This document shows, one piece after another, positions 24,866 to 37,155 of a stretch of DNA of 64,000 nt (position 1 is its first letter; the number at the start of each line of letters is the position of its first letter). A program made the translations under genes and the position numbers. The DNA is from Felis catus. Taxonomy: Eukaryota. Location of the stretch: contig NC_058368.1 in the NCBI RefSeq assembly GCF_018350175.1, positions 111,354,001 through 111,418,000 of the forward strand. Direction: 5' to 3'. Under the pieces are notes generated by a model that saw only the letters and a list, made by a program, of their open reading frames with translations, ran no database searches and was not told the DNA's origin.

Positions 24866-27800
24866 TTTTTTATAATGTTTGTTTAGTTTTGAGAGAATGC
24901 AACTGTGGGAGGTGCAGGGGCCGGGGGGGAGGGGGGGGGGACAGAGGATCCAAAGTGGGCTCTGCACTGACAGGCTGACTGCAGCGAGCCCAGTGTGGGG
25001 CTCAAACTCAGAAACCCTGAGATCATGACCTGAGCTGAAGTTGGGACGATCAGGTGAGCCACCCAGGTGCTCCTGTATGCTAATAAGCTCTTGTAGCAGA
25101 CAAGAATTGTAAGTAGCTTAGCCCAGTGTGATCCTTGAGATCTTACGGTTCCTCTTAGATTTGAATCTGGAGCTCCCATTTCTTCACAGTTTGGTACATA
25201 GTTTTATGTCAGAATTGGAATCTACTGGCATTTTCTCATGCCTTCTGCTTCTGGCATTGAAAAGCTGAAGTTAAGCTTTAAAAAAGATGGGTGTGTTGGG
25301 GCACCTGGGTGGGTCAGTCAGTTAAGCGCTAGTCAGACTTTGGCTCTGGTTGTTATCTCACTGCTCATGAGTTCAAGCTCCGCATCAGGCTCTGTGCTGA
25401 CAGCTCGGAGCCTGGAGCCTGCTTCAGATTCTTTCTCCGTCTCTTTGACCCTCCCCTATTTGCATTGTACCCTATTTCTCTCTCAAATATAAAATTAAAA
25501 AAAAAAAACAAAACCTTAAAAAAAGAGATGAATGTGTAAATCTAAAGAGAAAGAGAGTGAATATATGTGGAGGAGTAGAGGGGATGTCTTAGCTTTTTAT
25601 TCAGTTTAGGTGATGAAATCATCAGAAAACCTTAATAAAATCTCACTGGAGTTGGACGTTTAGCTTGGGAGTATAATCACCATCTTAATATTTTCCATAT
25701 GTTCTGTTCTTAGGTGAGCTCTCCAGAGCTAAAGATGGTACAGTTCCCTCACTAGGTAAAGATTTTCTAGTGTTACCAATTGCAGGTATTTGAAGGTCTT
25801 CCCCTCCTCCCTGTCTTGCCCCATATCAACTTACAATTTCCTCAGGCAGGAATTTAGGTAGAAATGTGAAGAAAAATTGTAAACAAACATTTTCTTGCAA
25901 AATCCCTACAATATCAGTGGTCTCACTTTTAAAGTACCTTCTGGCTTAGCTGGATGTATAGGTAAGTGCATACTATCAAATCACATGACTGGCAAGGAAT
26001 TTCCTTTTTTTTTTTTTTTTTTTTAAAGATTTGATTTTTAAATAATCTACACCCAATGCGGAGCTTGAACTCACAGTTCTTAGATCAAGAGTTGCATGCT
26101 CCACCGACTGAGCCAGCCAGGCGCCCTGAGGAATTTACTTTTGATTATTTTTCTTGACCTTATTCTCTTCCAAATATGGCTTCAGGTTATAGGACTTCAT
26201 GATTTTGAAGCTGTATCCTTTAAAAAGAAATTCTAATTTTGCATTAACCTTGGCGGGGGAGGGGGGGTGAATGTGAAAGAAAAAATAATGAAAGTTTTAA
26301 CCCCTTTAGGGAACTGGAGCTCAGTTACCCTCTGAGATATTATGAGGACTACTGTAAAAGCTAGAGTTTTAGAAGGAAGAAGTTCCTAAACATTTTTAAT
26401 ATGTGGATAACTGATAGTCCATGTTTTGAATATTAGACTCTTTTCAATTTTGCCTATTATGGAAAAAAGACTATGTGAAGATTCACTATGGAAAAATGGC
26501 TCTTTGTCCACAGAAAAAGCATATCATTTTAACTTGGCACTTAATAATAGATGGGTTTTTAGCAGCTTGTCAACTCCAGGCACTTTTTAGCAGCCTTGCA
26601 TATTAAAGTGTCCATGGCCTTTATTTCTGAATTCCTAGCAGGCTCTCAGCTATGGGGGTCCAGCAAGTCCAGAATACTTGAAGTCAGCATTTTCTCTCCT
26701 TGCCTTTGCCTGAGAGAGTCTTCTGTGAGCTGAGACTCCCAGAACTGTATTGTAGACTTTTGCAAAATGAGTCTTCCCTATCCCCTGAGCCAGCCCAGGG
26801 CCCAAGTCTCCAGTTTGGAAAGCTCAATGAAAGAGCAGGTGAGTGAATGCCTGGGAGCTTCAAAAAGAGCACAAGTTCTAAATATTTAGGGGTCTAGTGC
26901 TGCTATTTAAGTGTGTCTGGGGTGGTAGGATTCTGTGATACACATTCAAGTTTGAAAACTACTGAAAATCTTCACTTTGTTTTGCTCTTGGATTTTCACT
27001 CCGATCTCCAAAGTGGGACATGTATTTTGAAAGCAGGAAGAAAATACTAAAGCTATTTGTGTTTCTTCTTAAAAAAATTTTAGTAGCTTTTATAATATAT
27101 TGTTTCATGGGGTGCCTGGGTGGCTCATTCATTTGAGCATCTGACTCTTGATTTTGGCTCGGGTCTTGATCTCATGTCTTGTGGGATCAAGCCCCATGTC
27201 GGGCTCTGTGCTAACAATGTGGAGCCTGTTTTGGATTCTCCCTTTTCTTCTCTCTGTGCCCCTCTTCCACTAGGGCTCTCTATGAAAAATAATAAACTTA
27301 AAAAAAAAGTTTCATGACATATTGTGTTTAAATATACTGGTTACAATATTGGTACAACTGTACATAGACATAATTATACATAAATTTACTGTATTGGGGG
27401 TACTTGAACAGCCATTGGTCATGGTTGCTTAAATGTTTTAAAATGTCTGCTTTTTCATATGTAAATGGGATGTGAAAATACCTATCTTAGAGTTGTAAGC
27501 ATGAGGTGAAATAGAACATTTAAATTTTTTAAACAATGTTTATTTTAGAAAGGGAAAGTGTGTGCGTGCTTGTGTGTGCACGTGCGTGCGGGAGAGGGGC
27601 AGAGAGAGAGGAGGCATAGAATCTGAAGCAGGCTCCAGGACCCAGGCTCTGAGCTGTCAAGAGAGAGCCCGATGCCAGGCTCAAACCCACAAACTGAGAT
27701 CATGACCTGAGCAGAAGATAGACGCTTAACTGACTGAGCCACCCAGGCACTCCTCTCTAAATAGAACATTTAAAACATACAAAGATAGTGCCTGGCATAT

Positions 27801-29803
27801 GGTAAGCATCCAATAAATGTTAGTACTATTGTCTAACATGGGCGAATTAGTGTGGGTTTTCTTATGCTCTCTTTCAATATTGCTATTACTTTGAATACTG
27901 CTGTAAGCCATATAGCTAGCAAGGACAGTCCATGGCTACTGATAAACTAAAATCTATGAAGTGAGATTCATTTTTCTATGTGTATCTTTCAGTTTAAGTG
28001 AAAGTACTTAGGAACCCTTGTTGCCCCAGTTCAGTGGTCTCTAGAGGCAGCTAGTTCCCAGCTCTAAACAAATACTCCTTTTATGGCTTTCCTTATGTAT
28101 GTGTACAGCTACCATTTATCATTCGAAAATCTTATAAGTTGGTGGTTTATATGATGTGGCCTACCCTGCGTCAGGCTGAATGAAGGAATGAAGAATGTTG
28201 AGTTGCGTCCAAATTGTATTTCAAGGGTATATACTTTTGAAGAAGAAATGTTGGGAGATAAGTTAAAGAGTGTGACATTTAAAGGTATGATTTTCTTGAA
28301 CGTGAAGTGATGATAAATGGTTCTGCTCTTGAAAAAGCCTCTACGTTCAGGACCATGTTTTATCTGTGTGTACTGCGGCACCTCATAATTTCTGAGATGA
28401 TTCTCAAAATGACAGATCAGCAGTTAACATATTTTGATTATCTGCTTGTATTTTTGTCTACCTCACCAGAATGTAAACTCCCTGAGGTCAGAGACCATAT
28501 TAGTCCTATATCCCCAGGACCTTGCATTCAGTAAGTACATGTTGAGTTGACTAGTTGCTTGTTCAGAGTCATACAGCTAATAAGTGGCAGACCTGGGATT
28601 TGAATCCACATCTATCAGGGTGCCTGAGTGGCTCACTTAGTTAAATGGCAGACTCTTGATTTGAGCTTAGGATATGATTGCAGGGTCGTGGGATTGAGCC
28701 CTACATCTTGCTCCAAGCTGAGTGTGGAGCCTGGTTAAGATTCTCTCTCCCCCTCTGTTTCTCTCCCTGGCTCGCTGTCTCTCTTAAAAAACACAAAAAG
28801 TTAAAAAAACAAAAACATAAATCCACATCTATCTTTACCCATTAGCTACCTTCATTCCTTATCCCTGTAAGGAGGACATTGTTTTCATTTCACATAAATG
28901 ACAACTTCTGAGAAGAGCAGTGACTTGCCCAAGGTACTATAGGACACAAGTAGCAGAAAGGCATTGATACCCAGGAATGACTTCATCTGTTATTCCAGCT
29001 ATCTGTCCTTTGGGTCTGCAAATCATCTGACCTTTTTTGTATGAGAATTTGATTGTTTTCTTTGTTTTTTAAAGAGAGAGTAGGATCCAGGGAGAGGGGC
29101 AGACAGAATCTTAAGCAGGCTCCACACCACACTCCATGTGAAGCTTGATCCCGTGACTCTGGGACCGGTGACCAAGGGGAAATCGAGGGTCAGACACTTA
29201 ACCAACTGAGCCACCCAGGCACCTCCTGAAAGTTTGTTTTTTAAGTGGTTTTATGTACAAATGCCATTCCACACAAAAATGTAATTAGGGATCTGGAATG
29301 GTCATGATATGGTATGGGAGTGCTACAATGCATTATGAAATTCCACTTCAAGTAAAAAAAGAGGACTTGAGTAGAGAAGACTTGCCTAATGTTTTCTGGA
29401 AAGTTACTTAATATGTCCTTAAATCTGTGTACATTTTTTTTTTTTTTTAAAGTAGGCTTTATCCGGAGCGCAAAACCCAACACGGAGGTTGAACTCTGAC
29501 GGTGAGAGATCAAGACCTGAGCTGAAATCAAGAGTGGGAGGTTTGGGGTGCCTGGGTGGCTTAGTCGGTTAATCCTCTGACTTCAGCTCAGGTCATGATC
29601 CCACGGCTGGTGGTTCAAGTCCTGCATTGGGCTCTGTGCTGACAGCTTAGAGCCTGAAGCCTGCTTTGGATTCTGTGTCTCCCTCTCTCTCTCGGCCACT
29701 TCTCTCTCTCATGCTCTTTCTCAAAAACAAATAAACATTTTAAAAAATTAAAAAAAAAAAAAAGAGTGGGAGAGGTTTAACTGACTGAACAACCCAGGCA
29801 CCC
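24866..29803. mobile_element. Intergenic region with about 9 Can-SINEs plus MIR/L2-like relics
   Basis: SINEs near 24866(-), 25297(+), 26005(-), 27109(+), 27525(-), 28618(+) and 29045(-), plus 29545(+) nested in 29434-29803(-). Confidence 0.8.
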
Positions 29804-30932
29804 TTCATATTTTCCTTTTTATATATGAGCAATATATAATCAGTATATTATACTGATATTATACCGGTATAATCAGTTTTGTTTTCTAGTATTTTATAGA
29901 AGTAATGAGAATCTTTAGAATCTTGTTACATAACTATGCCTGCTAGAAAATGAATGGGCTTGCCTGTTTTATGTATTATATTTGGTTTTCCTCCTAGTTT
30001 CTGTGTTCACCCAGGAAAATTTTCCTCCTTTCCTACTGGCAACAGCACCTGGCCAAGTACTGTGTTCAAGGTAAAATTCCGTGCAGAGAATTACCTCCTC
30101 AAACAGTCTTCGTTGCATAGTCCAAAAGGAAAGGCACCACCTCTAGTCTCTTTGCACTACTAAATAAAATGTCTTCTCAGCAGCCTTTGTTTCTGGATCC
30201 TCTCCTTTCTGAATTCACAGCAGGAAGAACTGGGGAAATTAATCCCTTTTGCTAATTGTCCCGTATAGGGGGGACTGATCTATCAGAAATTTCATAAAGG
30301 GGGGGGGAGGATTTTGAAAGCAAACTACTTGTCCCATCCCTTCCTGTGATAGTGGAATCAAGAATATGGCAATTCTGGTCTTGAGTGTAAAAAACTTTTT
30401 TAAAAGTATAGGATGTCCCACAAAATGCTTTTCATGATCACATGGCCCTAGGTCTGAGGCCCCAAACTCATCTTATTTGAATATTCCCCATTTTGTTAGG
30501 TGGTCTCATTCTACCCATCCATAAGCAGCTAAAGGGCAGAAGCTGAGCCCTTGTAACATGCTTCAGACAGCACCTAACACAATTAGGCATTCATCTTTTT
30601 GCCACCATTAATTAAAGGCACGCTTTTTGGAACAAGGCAGCAGGGTTCAAATCATGACCCCATCACTTAGTAGTCCTTTAATCTGAGAAATGGGGTCAAG
30701 TAGTAGTTCTAACATCTACTTGGAATCGCGATGAAAATCCTGTAAGGAAGCTGCATCCCTTCCGGTGGGTCTCCAGCTCATCTACAGCTCTGGGCCTGAA
30801 CCACAGCCAGACCTGCGCGGTCCTAAGCACCGCCTCCTGTTCGGCCCCACGGCGCGCAAGCGCAGCCTGGCTCTGCCGGCTACCCTTCCCGAGCCTGCGT
30901 GCTGGTCGTCGGCGGGAGACTGGGTCTCGCGA

Positions 30933-30992
30933 TGTGCGTGTGCGTGTGCGTGTGCGTGTGCGTGTGCGTGTGCGTGTGCGTGTGCGTGCGCG
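30933..30992. repeat. (TGTGCG)9 hexamer microsatellite
   Basis: Nine perfect units followed by tgcgcg, read directly. Confidence 0.97.
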
Positions 30993-31009
30993 ATTCTTGC
31001 GAGCTCGCG

Positions 31010-31266
31010 CACGCCTCCCTTCGCAGTACTGGGCTGTGGCGGCCTCTTCCTCCTGCGTTTGGGGCAGAATCCGGAGTGGTGGCTGCGGCGGGAGCTGGAA
31101 GCCAGCGTCCACTTCGCCGCCACCGCCCTAGCTGCCTGCCCCTCTCACTTGGGCTTTTCGCGTAGTGCAGAGGCGGCGGGCTAGGAAGGGAGCGGCGCGG
31201 GCGTGAGGTTCCCAGCTGATGGGCAACCCCTGGGCGCGCTGAGGGGCCGGGCTACCAGCGACTGAG
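31010..31266 (+). other. C5orf24: Probable non-coding first exon of C5orf24 (5' boundary uncertain)
   Basis: Strong donor GAG|gtaggt at 31266/31267 inside the CpG island. The coding exon has an acceptor 3 nt before its ATG, so an upstream exon is required. Confidence 0.6.
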
Positions 31267-32939
31267 GTAGGTGGGCGCGCGGGGTTTGTCAGTCTGGCTC
31301 GGAGCAGAGTCTGGGCGGCGGGAGCTCAGAAGGGCGAAGAGCTCAGAAGGGCGGGAGCTCTGGGCGGCGAAGGGGTCTCCGACCCACGTCTGAGGAGGGG
31401 CTCTGGCCTAGCCCGAAGCGAGAGGAGGGGCCCCGGACGTAGTCTGTTCGTCCCTCGGCGTGGAGCCATTATTGGGGGAAATGCCTCCTGCGGCAGGGGG
31501 GAGGGGTCACCTTTTCTTTTCTTTGAGAGGTCGGAATTAGCGGTCCTTCCTGAGCCCCTTTAAATTGAAGTCGGCCGGCTTCGAGATGGAGACATCTAGA
31601 TGCAGTGGCCTGTGGACTTCAGCTTGCGGAACTCCCAAGTGCACGGAGAGCGGGCTATGAATTTTGATTATTGGAGGATTCAGGACTCTTTCTCTAGTGT
31701 GGACATGTGTCTTGCAAAGTTGTTCTCGCTAATGCATTAATAATCGCTTTTGAGCACAACTGCTAATACATTTCTAAACACTTCCAAGTCAGATAAGGAT
31801 TCTGACACCGGGGAAACTGCGCCGTGGGGCACAACTAAGGGGTAGAAAGAAGACAAAGAATGCTGTTATTTATGATCTGTCCTAGTAACAAAACTTTCCG
31901 TCGTGGGACAGGATGCATGGCTTTGGCATTTGTTTTGGTTTTAGCTGAATAGACATTCTGAGTGACGCGGGTCACAAATGGACTTCAATTTATAATTATA
32001 AAAACATATATGATTCTGTATAATTGTCACAACCCAAATGACGTGAAAGAGATCTCTGAGAATTATGTGATGTTTGATCTTTGGAAGAGAGCAGAACTTG
32101 GATTTCTTGAAAGGAAGATTTTTCTCCATGTTTAGAAAGCTTCAGTAAAGCTTTGTGAAGCTACTAAAAATAGTTAGAGTTCTTTATGTTGGCAGTAATG
32201 ACTGCCACATTCAAGAGATGGGAAAGGAATTCTTTCATAAAGAACTGCTCACCCAAGGACTTTCGGGTTTAAACATGATAAAACAACTTAAAGATAGCAA
32301 GTTTTAGTGTGTGCTTTAAAAATTCTAATTTAGGTACAGTTAAAATATATAGAAGCTCTTAGTTGACTCCCATATATTCAGTGAACCATTTTAAAAGGCA
32401 GTTAACCTTTGATAGTCTACACATTCCATTCTGTTATTCTTGGCTTTCGTTCAGTCCAAACTTTGTATTGAACTTTCTAGAAATGTATTCATTCTGGCTC
32501 TTTTAAGAAATATGCCCTGCATACTTCCATTGAACTCTGTACAATAGTATGGGAAGAACCTTACAAGAAAGAACAATATGGTGACAAGTCCTGAAGTCAA
32601 AGCAGGAGACATTATTAAGTGTAGGATTAATTAACGCCTGTATACGTAAATACTGCATAAAAACATGTATGTTCTTTGTGTGTATGTGTGTAGATGATTA
32701 TGCACACAAAGATCTAATGCTGTTGATTCCCATCTTAAAAGGCTGAAATCAAAAGTAGAAAGGATTGATTTTAACTCTTTCCTTTTTAACTATTTACATC
32801 AGTAACTGTCATAGTAAATTTCTTGTCCAACTTCCTAATCAGTTATTGAGTAAGCAGAATACTGTTCTGATTTCTTGACAGTAGCAGGAATGGCAAATAC
32901 AGAACATATAGAAGACTTGCCTTTAGAAATGTTCTTTAA

Positions 32940-33112
32940 GGGGAGCCTCGGTGGCTCAGTTAGTTAAGCGTCCGACTTTGGCTCAGGTCATAGTATCTGA
33001 GGTTGGTGAGTTTGGGCCCCCTATCAGCTCTGTGCTGACAGCTCAGAGCTTGGAGCCTGCTTCAGATTCTGTGTCTCCCTCTCTCTTTGCCCCTCCCCTG
33101 CTCGCGCGCACA

Positions 33113-33148
<36 letters not shown>

Positions 33149-33808
33149 ATAAATAAACATGAAAAAAAAATGTTCCTTAAGTCAGTGTCTCATTGTCTTT
33201 CCATTGGGATAAACAGCTTCACTCCTGGTTGTGTCCTAGCACTTAGAATAGTGTTTTGCATTGAGTTGGCTCTCAATAAATGTGAGCTGTGTCAGAAGTA
33301 AATTAACATAATACAAACCAAATGCCTAAATTCCCCGAGAAGATTAAAGGAATTGTAGAAGGATGCTTTATTTTTTTAACTTTATTTACTTATTTTGAGA
33401 GAGAGTGTGCATGCACGGTCAGGGCAGAGAGACAAAATCCCAAGCAGGCTGGCACACTGACAGTGTGGAGTCCGGTGTAGGGCTGGATCCCACAAACTGT
33501 GAGATCACAACCCGAGCCTAAATCAAGAGTCAGATGCTTCATGGACTGAGCCATCCAGACGACCACATTGTTTAAAAAATTTTTTTCTAATGTTTACTTT
33601 GAGAGACAGACAGAGAGAGAGAGAGAGAGACTGACTGACTGTGGGAGTGTGCGAGGGGCTGAGAGAGAGGAAGACACAAAATGTGAAGTAGGCTTCAGGC
33701 TCTGAGCTGTCAGCACAGAGCCTGACTGTGGGCTGGAACCCACGGATCGTGAGATCATGACCTGAGCCACAGTCGGATGCTCAACTGACTGAGCCACCCA
33801 GGAGCCCC
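32940..33808. mobile_element. Three Can-SINEs in C5orf24 intron 1 (+,-,-)
   Basis: Copies at 32940-33170, 33367-33565 and 33580-33808. Confidence 0.88.
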
Positions 33809-34549
33809 TACAGGTCTACTTTTTAAATAGTGTATTTTGCTTCCATGTTGATTGATATCTGAGTAGAAGATATATGGTAGCATCTTGCCGTTGAAAGCCT
33901 AATGTAATGTAAACTGAGACTCTATATCCTGAATGTTAATATATAGCGACTGTTCTGATACATTAAGAAAAGGTAAAGTTAAGGGAAGTAAGATCCAGAG
34001 GAAAGGTTTTGGTAAATTAATGATTAGGAACTTAAAAGGTATGAACTGTAAAGCATTGAAATAGACTGTAGGAAAGAAAACATTTTCTTCCTTTACTGGC
34101 AGTGCTACTTGTGTAAGAGAAGTTATACCTTTCTACCTCTTTTTTACTAGGGCTTTCTTTCCAGCAGGGTGATTTCTGGATAATAAAATTGAAAAGGGGG
34201 TCACTTTTTCTCTTAAAATCTTCTGCTGAGAGGTCTGTGTTTCTCTTTGTATTTGCCTGTGGTCTCTAGTCCAACTTTATTGGCAGTAAACTAGTACTTC
34301 GATTCCTATCTAATTCCTGTTTATATTTCTCAATTAGTTTATAACTTGAAGGGGAAAGGAATGCGGTTAGTCCCTTCACATCTGCCAGCATTAGCTTTTT
34401 TTTCAATTTGGAAAACAAATGTTTGACTTTGTAAATGTTCTTAACAGAAAGATTTTGTGGATTTTTGCAGAGGTATAAGCTAAAGAGGTGAATAAGAACT
34501 TAAACAGGAATATTTTAAAATGGGTCTTCTGTTTTCATTTTAATATAGC

Positions 34550-34790
34550 TGGGTGATGCTCATGGTAGGGGGTGGGTTTTGCCCCCCCCCAGAGAATATT
34601 GGCACGGTATGGAGAAACTTTGGATTGTCAAATTGTTAGGAAGAAGAGGGTATAGTTACTGACATCTAGTGGGTAGAGACCAGGGATGCTGTAATAAGTA
34701 TCTTAAAATACACAGGACACCTTCCTCCCCCGCAAGAACTATATGACCCAAATGATAGTGCTGTTACTGAGATAGCTGGATATAGTTGTG
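34550..34790. mobile_element. MER20-like hAT DNA transposon
   Basis: tactgacatctagtgggtagagaccagggatgctg...aaatacacaggaca matches the MER20 core as I recall it. Confidence 0.8.
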
Positions 34791-36585
34791 TATTATGCTG
34801 AAATTGTTGGTTCTCATGTCAGATTATCTGAATTCCTGTTTGACTTTACCATTTCCTAATGTGTGACCTTGGCAAGTAGCTAAAAATTCCTCATTTTCTG
34901 TAAAATAGAACTAATAATAGTATGTTCCTCAGAGTTGTGGTGAGGATTAAATCAGATGATGTGCCAAGTGCCAAACTTACCACCTGCCACCTAGAAAATG
35001 CGCAAAAACTGTTAACTTTCACCTAATATTACTACATTTGGAACACATCTTGATGATCTCCCTTTATTTCTGACCTGAACTTAGAATTTGAGCTGGTGAG
35101 GTGATGATTAATAACCTCTTTTTGATTATATCCTTGGGATTGAGTGAAGAATTGTTTCTTCTTATATTTGTGTTTAACTCAATCTTGATTTATGATCTCA
35201 AGTCCCTAAGGCTTCTGTCATAAACAACTAGCTTGTCACTGTAGATACTCTTCCTTTCTAGTTAAGGCTTTAAGCCAGCTGCCCAGTAGCTCTGTTATCT
35301 GTTGATTTTCAGCAGATATTTTGTGATTTAACAGAATTCACTTCTGTGACTTGATTTCCATTTCTTTCTGCCTTCATAACTGAAGTTTTGGTCCTCTTTT
35401 ACATGTATGGTACAGGCTAACATCTAACAACTTGGGGGCTAGACCTTACTATACACCTGTGATTCTTTTTCTAAATCTGAATGGAACCCATAGATTTATT
35501 TTCTTACCTTATTGAAATATAATACTTTAGTCTCTATAAACTCATTTTCTGTGTGTCTAAATGATATGGCTGTTAAGGGCTGGTTTGTTACAGTGGTGGT
35601 TATAATCTATCCTTTATAAAGAGAAAAAAATCACAGGGATGTCCTCAAGACAAAACAGAGATTAGACTGTTAATTAGTCACAGGGCTCTTGTAAGGGAAG
35701 AAGATCCATGCATATTTATGATCAGAGAGAAAGCAGTGTTTACACTTTGAACTTTTGGTCTTGATAACTATACCTTCAAAATAGGAAGTATTTTATTATG
35801 ATTGTTACCCATATTTTTGTAGTATAAGTCTCAGTTGTATAAATGTTGACTGAGTTTAGCTAATGGAAACCTTTATTCACCTTTTATATTGGTACTGCCT
35901 CCTGTTTGGATAGATTAGTTTTTTTGGTTGGTTGCTTTTTTGGGGGTGGGAGGATAGATTAGTTTAAAGGGAGTCAGTACCTCGAGAGATTCTTTTCTTT
36001 GCTTGACACATTTCTTTGTTTTGTAAAGTGTAGCACACACTCAGGATTATATATCAGTAATAAATTATAATGAGGAAGTGTCTTGTGGAAATTGTAGCCA
36101 GATCAGAAGTGTATATGTGAGAAATAAAAGGCCAATAAGAGACATTCTAAAAATGTTAGGCAAATGAGAAAAAGAATCATGTTAATAAAAGTTCTTGTGT
36201 TTGTTGTTATCCTTTTAGGGTTTCATAATCTAGAAGCAAAAAGCCAATAAAATATAACACATTTATTCTTTGCTTGCCATTTTTCCATTTCCTAACCAGA
36301 GAAACATATGGCTACTAATGTATTATATTTGAGTTGAGTGTTAGAGTTCAGTTACCTTATATGACATATCTCCATACCCTTGATTAAATTGAGGAAAACA
36401 AGTTTATCTTTGAATCTGCTGATGTGTGTTTGTTTATAAGTGGTCTGGAGTCCTGCCTGTCAGCCTAATTTTAGGGAGCCTGCATAGCTCTTGGAAGACA
36501 GACTATTTTCAATACCACTGAATGCTGTCATACAGGTATATATTTATATATGTGTATTTATGCATATTTGTCTTGTTTTTGCTAG

Positions 36586-37155
<570 letters not shown>

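Larger units (their letters stand above)
30750..31600. promoter_or_regulatory. CpG island / C5orf24 promoter
   Basis: Abrupt GC- and CpG-rich segment in an AT-rich background, about 5 kb upstream of the C5orf24 coding exon. Confidence 0.9.

Noticed and set aside
30696..31184. Overlapping ORFs with (RT)n, (CA)n, (HA)n, (CV)n and (RV)n repeats
   Set aside because: Six-frame readings of the (TGTGCG)n microsatellite in a stop-poor CpG island.
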